Positions 58,181 to 64,000 of a DNA stretch of 64,000 nucleotides are shown one piece after another. This stretch comes from Spirochaetaceae bacterium. GTDB taxonomy: Bacteria; Spirochaetota; Spirochaetia; DSM-2461. Under the pieces are notes generated by a model. It was given only the letters and a program-made list of their open reading frames with translations, was not told the DNA's origin and did not search any database. Made by a program: the position numbers and the translations under genes. The stretch is taken from the NCBI GenBank assembly GCA_965224705.1, contig OZ245056.1, positions 2,464,001 through 2,528,000 of the forward strand, in the 5' to 3' direction. Within the stretch, counting starts at the first letter, position 1; every line of letters begins with the position of its first letter.

Positions 58181-58778
58181 ATCCGACAAAGAAACGAAGC
58201 GTATTGAAGTCATATCTTCTTTGAAGGCACTGAGTCCCGAACAGCGGAATCTTGCGGAAGTACAGGCAGGAAATCAGTTGGTGTCAACTCAGTGCTGGAA
58301 ATCAGCTCGCAGCATACTTGTCTACATATCATTGTCGACCGAGTTGGGAACTGAGTATGTTATCAGAAATGCCTGGCATAGTGGAAAAAGTGTTTTTTCT
58401 CCGCGGGTTAATGGAGATAATCTTGAGTTCTGGAAAATTGATTCATGGGAAGACTCATTCATCACGGGCAGCTCTGGTATTTGTGAACCAAAATCCCGGA
58501 AAAAACTATGGAGAATGACCGATTATCCTGAAACGACGTTAATCATCGTTCCCGGTTTAGCCTTTGATATACAGGGTAGAAGGCTTGGCCGCGGGGGTGG
58601 TTTCTATGACAGATTCTTGTCCCGGGTGAGAGCTGAAGCAGGGAGTGCTGGTTTTGAGCATCCTGTATGCCTTGGATTTGCATTTAAGGAACAGATTTTT
58701 ACTGCCATTCCATTTGAATCCCATGATATGAAGATGGATGGATTGGTGTCTCCAGAACTTGCAAGAGAAACGGTGTAG
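58167..58778 (+). CDS. 5-formyltetrahydrofolate cyclo-ligase
   Basis: VPGLAFD..G.RLGRGGGFYDR and HD..MD motifs. Confidence 0.93.
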   Translation: MSSYKSDKETKRIEVISSLKALSPEQRNLAEVQAGNQLVSTQCWKSARSILVYISLSTELGTEYVIRNAWHSGKSVFSPRVNGDNLEFWKIDSWEDSFITGSSGICEPKSRKKLWRMTDYPETTLIIVPGLAFDIQGRRLGRGGGFYDRFLSRVRAEAGSAGFEHPVCLGFAFKEQIFTAIPFESHDMKMDGLVSPELARETV

Positions 58779-58802
58779 TAGTCTGATCTTTTGATTACCT
58801 GG

Positions 58803-58977
58803 TAGTAACTTACGCATCACATCCCTGCTGCGTTGCCTGCCTGCTGCACGGCAGACAGGCCAAAATACTCTCCAGCCCAGCTGCGCTCCGTTTTTGCCCG
58901 CCTGTCGGCGGACAGGTCGCCTTGCATCAGAAAGAATCATCAAAAATCGCCACGAAATCTCAAAGTCCGACAGGCTC
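58803..58977. mobile_element. Degenerate MITE copy with two nested palindromic inserts
   Basis: Aligns to about 42110-42229 with inserts at 58836-58859 and 58897-58916; TIR AAGTCCGACAGGCTC; left boundary approximate. Confidence 0.75.
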
Positions 58978-59010
58978 CTGGCGAAGATGGGACACTGATT
59001 GCAGGAAGAG

Positions 59011-59038
59011 TTGTCATATTGGAGATTATGTGTACAAT
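59011..59038 (+). promoter_or_regulatory. Sigma70 promoter for smc
   Basis: TTGTCA-16-TACAAT; GGAGGG before GTG 59057. Confidence 0.5.
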
Positions 59039-59056
59039 GATGGACCGGGAGGGCAG

Positions 59057-61861
59057 GTGTTTTTAAAACACATTGAAATTCACGGATTCAAATCATTTGC
59101 AGACAAAACAGTTATAGAGTTCAGTGATGGAATTACAGCATTGCTCGGTCCGAATGGCTGTGGGAAAAGCAATATCGTTGATGCAATCAAGTGGGTGCTT
59201 GGCGAACAATCCGTCCGCAACATGCGTGCCGAACGGATGGATGATGTTATTTTCAGCGGAACCGAAGACCGCAAATCTCTAAGCTTTGCCGAAGTCACTC
59301 TTGTTATTGCCAATGATACAGGAATCCTTGTGTCTGAACATCCGGAAATTGCGATAAAGCGACGAATCTTCAGGGAAGGGGACAGCGAATACTTTCTCAA
59401 TGGGACTTCTGTGCGCCTGAAAGAAATTCGTGAACTGTTCTTCGACACAGGAATCGGAAAATCGGCCTATTCCATCATGGAGCAAGGACGTATCGATCAG
59501 GTTCTTTCAAATAAACCTGAAGATCGTCGGCATCTGTTTGAAGAGGCTGCCGGTATTACAAAATTCAGAATGCGCGGCAGTGAAGCGGAGCGCAAACTGG
59601 TTCTCACTGAAGAGAATATTGTTCAGGTGGAAAACATACTGAAAGAAGTTCGTCGAAGCTATGAGACTCTAAAAAAACAAACAGAGCAAACCCGGGAATA
59701 TCGGCGATTACGTGAAACATTGTTTGAACTGGAACGTGACATTAAACTTTTACAATGGAAAGGGTTGGAAAGGAATCGCGATAAATATGATAACCTGCTG
59801 ACTGAGAAATCGAAGAAGCATTCCAGGATCATTGAAAAAATTGACTCAATGAAAACAGCTCTTGCTGATGAACTTGATTCCGTGAATTCAATGGAGTCCA
59901 GTCTTATTGAAAGTCAGAAACAGGTTTATGGAATAGATCTTGAAAAAGAGAACCAGGAGCGCATGCTTCATGGATTTCGTGAGCGGAGAAATGAGGCAGA
60001 AGAAGTCCTGGAAGCGGCAGGAGTACGGGAAAAAAATGTAATGGAGTCTCTCAAGGGGCTGGCTGAACTCAAGAAGGCAAAGGAAGTTGATCTGGAAGAA
60101 TATGCAGATCGAATGAAGGAGATTGAAAACAACATAATTTCCTGCCGGAAAACTATTCAATCGGCCGATCTGCGAATGCAGGAGATATCAGGCGAGAGTA
60201 CTGAAAAACAAAATTCACTGGTAACGGAAGAAAATGCTCATGAAAAACTCCAGGATGAATTGCACACTTTGACAGATAACATCGTTCTGGAACTGGACAA
60301 ACATCTGGGTGAGGCCACTGACAGCAGTGTGCGCCGTAACCTGGGAAAGCAGATATCGGATAAAATAGATGAGATGCGAATTCGAGTGGAAGGCCGTTCC
60401 AACCTGCTGATCGACCAGAAAAAACTTGCCGATGGTGAGGAGGCACTGACCCTGGTGGAGAATACGGCCGCGGAGCTTGTTACACTCACTGAATCATTGA
60501 TTGAACTTGGAAGCCAGTTCAATCAGTATAAGGGATTGGATTCTGACTTCCTGGAAGGATTTCTCACTCCTGAAGGAATTATAACCCAGAAACGAGAACT
60601 CGATGAAAAGATAATTATCTCAAGGGAAAGAACTGCTAACCTCAAAGAATACCTTTCTCATCTGGGTGATGAGAAGAACAATCTTGTCAGCAAGGTGCAG
60701 AAACTGAAGTCCAACCTGGAAGGCTTTCGAGTTTCTCAAGCCCGTACGATAACACAGGCAGCAGCCCTGGAAGATGCGCTTGCTTCACTGGCGAGGGAAG
60801 TTGAGTCAGAAGAAAAACGACTGAATGAAATTCACCAGCAGCAAGTTACGGAAAAAATCAGGATAAAGAATCTCGATAATCAGATTGAGGAACAGATTGC
60901 TGAGCGGAATGCAATGAATAAGACGCAGGAAAAACTCCGTAAAAGCATGGTGAAACTGGAATCCGGGATTTCAAAAGAAAATAGCAGAATGACTGGCCGT
61001 GAAGTGAAACTGAAAGCATTGACAGCTCAAAGAGCCTCTCTGGATCTTGAGAAGGAGAGGATTCAACTGGAATTAAAACACATTAATGAGGAAGAACAAC
61101 AGCTGCTGTTCGATTTTCAGGACCGCCATTCACGAGATCTCAATAACTTTGTGGATATGAAAGAAACTGTCTCTCAAAGCTCCAGGGAGATCAGGGAACA
61201 GCAGACCAGGGCAAAAAAAGAACTAAAATCCCTCGGTCATGTGAATCTGATGGCTCCTGAAGAATTCACAGAGGTTTCAGAACGGTACAATTTTTTATGC
61301 AGTCAACTGAGCGATCTAAAAAAGGGGCGAGAAGATCTATCGAGAATTACTGAAGAGATACATAAGGAATCTACAGTTAAATTCCTAAAAACCTACCAGC
61401 AGATTCAGGATAATTTCCATGAAATGTTCCGACGTTTGTTCGGAGGGGGAAAGGCCGAACTCCGCCTGCTTAATCAGGAAGATCCATTGAATTCCGGTGT
61501 TGAGATCTATGTTCAACCTCCGGGAAAAAAACTTGAAAACATAGCTTTACTGTCTGGAGGAGAGAAATCGTTATGCGGGATTGCCCTGTTGTTTGCCACC
61601 TATTTGTCAAAGCCATCACCATTTTGTATTCTTGATGAGATTGATGCTGCACTGGATGAGGTGAATATTCAGAGATTCATCAATGTATTGGTTGATTTCG
61701 GGAAGATGAGCCAGTTTCTTATTATCACTCACAATAAAATGACTGTAACAGGGGCAGGAACATTGCTGGGTGTTACTATGCAGGAGTCAGGTGTTTCCCG
61801 ACTTCTTACTCTGAGATTGGATGGAAAGGAACAGAGTATAAACGATGAAAAACCCGTTTAA
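59057..61861 (+). CDS. smc: Short SMC protein (934 aa)
   Basis: GFKSF, GPNGCGKS, QG, LSGGEK, ILDEIDAALD, ITH motifs; long coiled coil. Confidence 0.9.
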   Translation: MFLKHIEIHGFKSFADKTVIEFSDGITALLGPNGCGKSNIVDAIKWVLGEQSVRNMRAERMDDVIFSGTEDRKSLSFAEVTLVIANDTGILVSEHPEIAIKRRIFREGDSEYFLNGTSVRLKEIRELFFDTGIGKSAYSIMEQGRIDQVLSNKPEDRRHLFEEAAGITKFRMRGSEAERKLVLTEENIVQVENILKEVRRSYETLKKQTEQTREYRRLRETLFELERDIKLLQWKGLERNRDKYDNLLTEKSKKHSRIIEKIDSMKTALADELDSVNSMESSLIESQKQVYGIDLEKENQERMLHGFRERRNEAEEVLEAAGVREKNVMESLKGLAELKKAKEVDLEEYADRMKEIENNIISCRKTIQSADLRMQEISGESTEKQNSLVTEENAHEKLQDELHTLTDNIVLELDKHLGEATDSSVRRNLGKQISDKIDEMRIRVEGRSNLLIDQKKLADGEEALTLVENTAAELVTLTESLIELGSQFNQYKGLDSDFLEGFLTPEGIITQKRELDEKIIISRERTANLKEYLSHLGDEKNNLVSKVQKLKSNLEGFRVSQARTITQAAALEDALASLAREVESEEKRLNEIHQQQVTEKIRIKNLDNQIEEQIAERNAMNKTQEKLRKSMVKLESGISKENSRMTGREVKLKALTAQRASLDLEKERIQLELKHINEEEQQLLFDFQDRHSRDLNNFVDMKETVSQSSREIREQQTRAKKELKSLGHVNLMAPEEFTEVSERYNFLCSQLSDLKKGREDLSRITEEIHKESTVKFLKTYQQIQDNFHEMFRRLFGGGKAELRLLNQEDPLNSGVEIYVQPPGKKLENIALLSGGEKSLCGIALLFATYLSKPSPFCILDEIDAALDEVNIQRFINVLVDFGKMSQFLIITHNKMTVTGAGTLLGVTMQESGVSRLLTLRLDGKEQSINDEKPV

Positions 61862-62228
61862 GCTGATTACAAAGCAGGAGTTATTTATAGTATCGGGAAT
61901 AGCTCTCATTGTAACCCTTATCTCGGTTATTTCTATTATAATCATCACTTCTGTGAAGAACAAAAACATAGTATCGGCCAGTATTGAAGAAGACAATAGA
62001 ACTGAACGGCAGGCTCTATTGCAGGGGAATGGATTTGGTATTGAAGATTTTTATCGGGACAGCAGGGAACCCGAACCCGGAGTATCCTACCCTGTATATC
62101 GTCGTAAGTCTACCTGGATTGATGATGATATCGAATTGTACTGGATAGATCCTGCAGAGGCAGGAATCGATACCCTCAAGACCGATAATGATACGCTTAT
62201 TTTACAATCACTGGAATCCGCAAAGTGA
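61845..62228 (+). CDS. Small single-TM hypothetical protein
   Basis: N-terminal hydrophobic helix; overlaps both neighbours. Confidence 0.6.
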   Translation: MKNPFKLITKQELFIVSGIALIVTLISVISIIIITSVKNKNIVSASIEEDNRTERQALLQGNGFGIEDFYRDSREPEPGVSYPVYRRKSTWIDDDIELYWIDPAEAGIDTLKTDNDTLILQSLESAK

Positions 62229-63823
62229 TGAAGGGAATTGCGATATTCCTGTCATCTTTGTCAGTATTGATTTCAGTCATATTCACGCAAACAGGATGTG
62301 TCAGTACTGTAGAAAATGATGGTCCCTTACAGGAAGCGGACAACAATTCGAATTCGAGTGAACAACCACCTTTTCCTGAACCACAGAATTCCAATGAATC
62401 CCTGACTACCCCCCCGACATCCGAAACAGTTATGAATGATCCCCCGGCAGATGAAACAGCCATGGTGGCCCCTTCGACAGATGAAACTACCCTGACCCCC
62501 CCCCCGGCAGCCGAAACAGTTATGGATGCTCCCCCAGTAGGTGAAACAGCCATGGATCCCCCTTCGACAGCCGAAACAGCTATGGATGATCCCCCGGCAG
62601 ATGAAACAGCCATGGATGCTCCCCCAGTAGGTGAAACAGCCATGGTGGCCCCTTCGACAGATGAAACTACCCTGACTCCCCCTCCGGCAGCCGAAACAGC
62701 TATGGATGATCCCCCGGCAGATGAAACTACCCTGACTGCCCCTCCAGCAGCCGAAACAGCCATGAGTGATCCCCCAGCATCTGAAACAGCCATGGATACT
62801 CTTCCGTCAGTTGAAACAGTTATGGATGCTCTCCCAGTAGGTGAAACAGCCATGGATCCCCCTTCGACAGCCGAAACAACTATGGATGATCCCCCAGCAG
62901 ATGAAACTGCCCTGACTGCCCCTCCAGCAGCCGAAACAACTATGGATGATCCCCCAGCAGATGAAACTACCCTGACTGCCCCTCCAGCAGCCGAAACAGC
63001 CATGGCGGCCCCCCCGGTAGCCGAAACAGCTATGAGTGATCCCCCAGCAGATGAAACCATCATGGATGCCCCTTCGGCAGCCGTGAAACATGATTCAGGT
63101 GATTTTTCTCCGACTCTGGAAGGTTGGGGCTGGGTATTTCGCTCTGATCTCTCCACTCCAGGCAATTGGCGTTTTTTGAATCGTGAGCGTACAGGAAATG
63201 CAACGAAATTCAATTTTCATTTTGATGAAGAAGGAACCTGGAGCTTCGTATTTGATCAGCAAAATCTATCTGAGGGAGGCCGTAGACGCGAGATCCGCAA
63301 GTTGAGATACAGTAAAGATCTGGGTGTTGAGATCATTGACAGTGGTGAATTGGATTCACAGGTTCTACAGACTGAACAGTATACGGAAGTGCAGAATGAC
63401 CTGGAATCAGTTCCGGAAGAATCTGCTGCTGTGGACAGTCGAACTACTGAAGCTTTGATTCAAGAAGCAGTTAGAAATGGTTCGGCCGTGGAAATTGCTT
63501 CATTGCTGCCGCAATACATGGAAAATGACGTCGACCCTGATGTCCTGGATTCTGTTGTCAATACTCTGGATGATGCTGACGGTTATGAAGAAGAAGTGTT
63601 CAGTGCACTGATATTACTCTCAGATTTCAGTTCCCATCAAAAAAATGCGGAATGGCTGTTTCGGCTGGCATCATTCCTTGCAAAACCTGGAAAAAAAAGA
63701 AGTCTTTCTCAAGCTGTTGTTTTTTATCAGAAAGTTATTGATTCATGGCCGCTTTCCAGGTGGAGGGAACTGGCTGAAGAAAGGCTCATCTGGTTGAAAC
63801 GTCATTACTTCCGATCACAGTAA
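62225..63823 (+). CDS. Repeat-rich acidic lipoprotein with C-terminal TPR
   Basis: Signal ending QTGC; 10-aa repeats; WLFRLA..A..FYQKV..WP.S TPR-like end. Confidence 0.75.
   Translation: MMKGIAIFLSSLSVLISVIFTQTGCVSTVENDGPLQEADNNSNSSEQPPFPEPQNSNESLTTPPTSETVMNDPPADETAMVAPSTDETTLTPPPAAETVMDAPPVGETAMDPPSTAETAMDDPPADETAMDAPPVGETAMVAPSTDETTLTPPPAAETAMDDPPADETTLTAPPAAETAMSDPPASETAMDTLPSVETVMDALPVGETAMDPPSTAETTMDDPPADETALTAPPAAETTMDDPPADETTLTAPPAAETAMAAPPVAETAMSDPPADETIMDAPSAAVKHDSGDFSPTLEGWGWVFRSDLSTPGNWRFLNRERTGNATKFNFHFDEEGTWSFVFDQQNLSEGGRRREIRKLRYSKDLGVEIIDSGELDSQVLQTEQYTEVQNDLESVPEESAAVDSRTTEALIQEAVRNGSAVEIASLLPQYMENDVDPDVLDSVVNTLDDADGYEEEVFSALILLSDFSSHQKNAEWLFRLASFLAKPGKKRSLSQAVVFYQKVIDSWPLSRWRELAEERLIWLKRHYFRSQ
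62423..63082 (+). repeat. 22 x 30-bp coding tandem repeat
   Basis: GAAAC recurs every 30 nt; units such as ETAMDDPPAD and ETTLTAPPAA. Confidence 0.95.
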
Positions 63824-63856
63824 AATGATGATCTTCTTCATTGATCCCCATGCTGG

Positions 63857-63908
63857 GAGTCTGTCGGACTTTAAGACTTCAAGCCGTGAGACATAAGTCC
63901 GATAGGTG
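63857..63908. mobile_element. About 52-bp minimal MITE (both ends fused)
   Basis: GAGTCTGTCGGACTTTAAGACTTC plus GCCGTGAGACATAAGTCCGATAGG; CTGG on both flanks. Confidence 0.7.
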
Positions 63909-64000
63909 CTGGTTCTGTGTTGTTGAGAACTGTGCAGCAGCAGTTTCCTGTCTGCGGAACCTTCTCCCGCCGATGCTTGATAGCTCTGTGGTTGACTGAT

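Noticed and set aside
58922..59056. N-terminal extension of Smc
   Set aside because: It starts inside the MITE; promoter, Shine-Dalgarno and homology support GTG 59057.
62197..63213. 338-aa antisense ORF; possible CRISPR-like periodicity
   Set aside because: Shadow of the stop-free coding repeat. Units abut with no unique spacers, and there are no cas genes.

Overview
A 64-kb chromosomal window from a free-living, probably anaerobic or halotolerant spirochaete (inferred from the gene repertoire: short SMC, spirochaete-type lipoproteins and hypotheticals). Most of it is housekeeping: recN end, serC, glgP, hom, ychF, avtA, sbcB, pepD, lnt, smc, tRNA-Gly and tRNA-Arg. Four things stand out. (1) A 14-kb, 12-gene ectoine/hydroxyectoine uptake and catabolism cluster (20030-34131) of non-canonical make-up: two EutD/DoeA hydrolases, an M20 amidohydrolase instead of EutE/DoeB, a Dat/EctB-type transaminase, and phosphorylating Asd plus an aspartate kinase with eroded regulatory motifs instead of DoeC. 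This suggests a reverse Ask/Asd, ATP-conserving route. (2) A hairpin-rich MITE family with 5 copies from 46 to 287 bp; one copy is the exact insertion site of a 5'-truncated group II intron and another carries two nested mini-palindromes. (3) An IS1-like element and a related 218-bp MITE with a 4-bp target duplication beside tRNA-Gly. (4) A cell-wall peptidase whose signal peptide is out of frame at a T10 tract, and several apparently leaderless genes. All calls were made by eye from motifs; no database searches were run.
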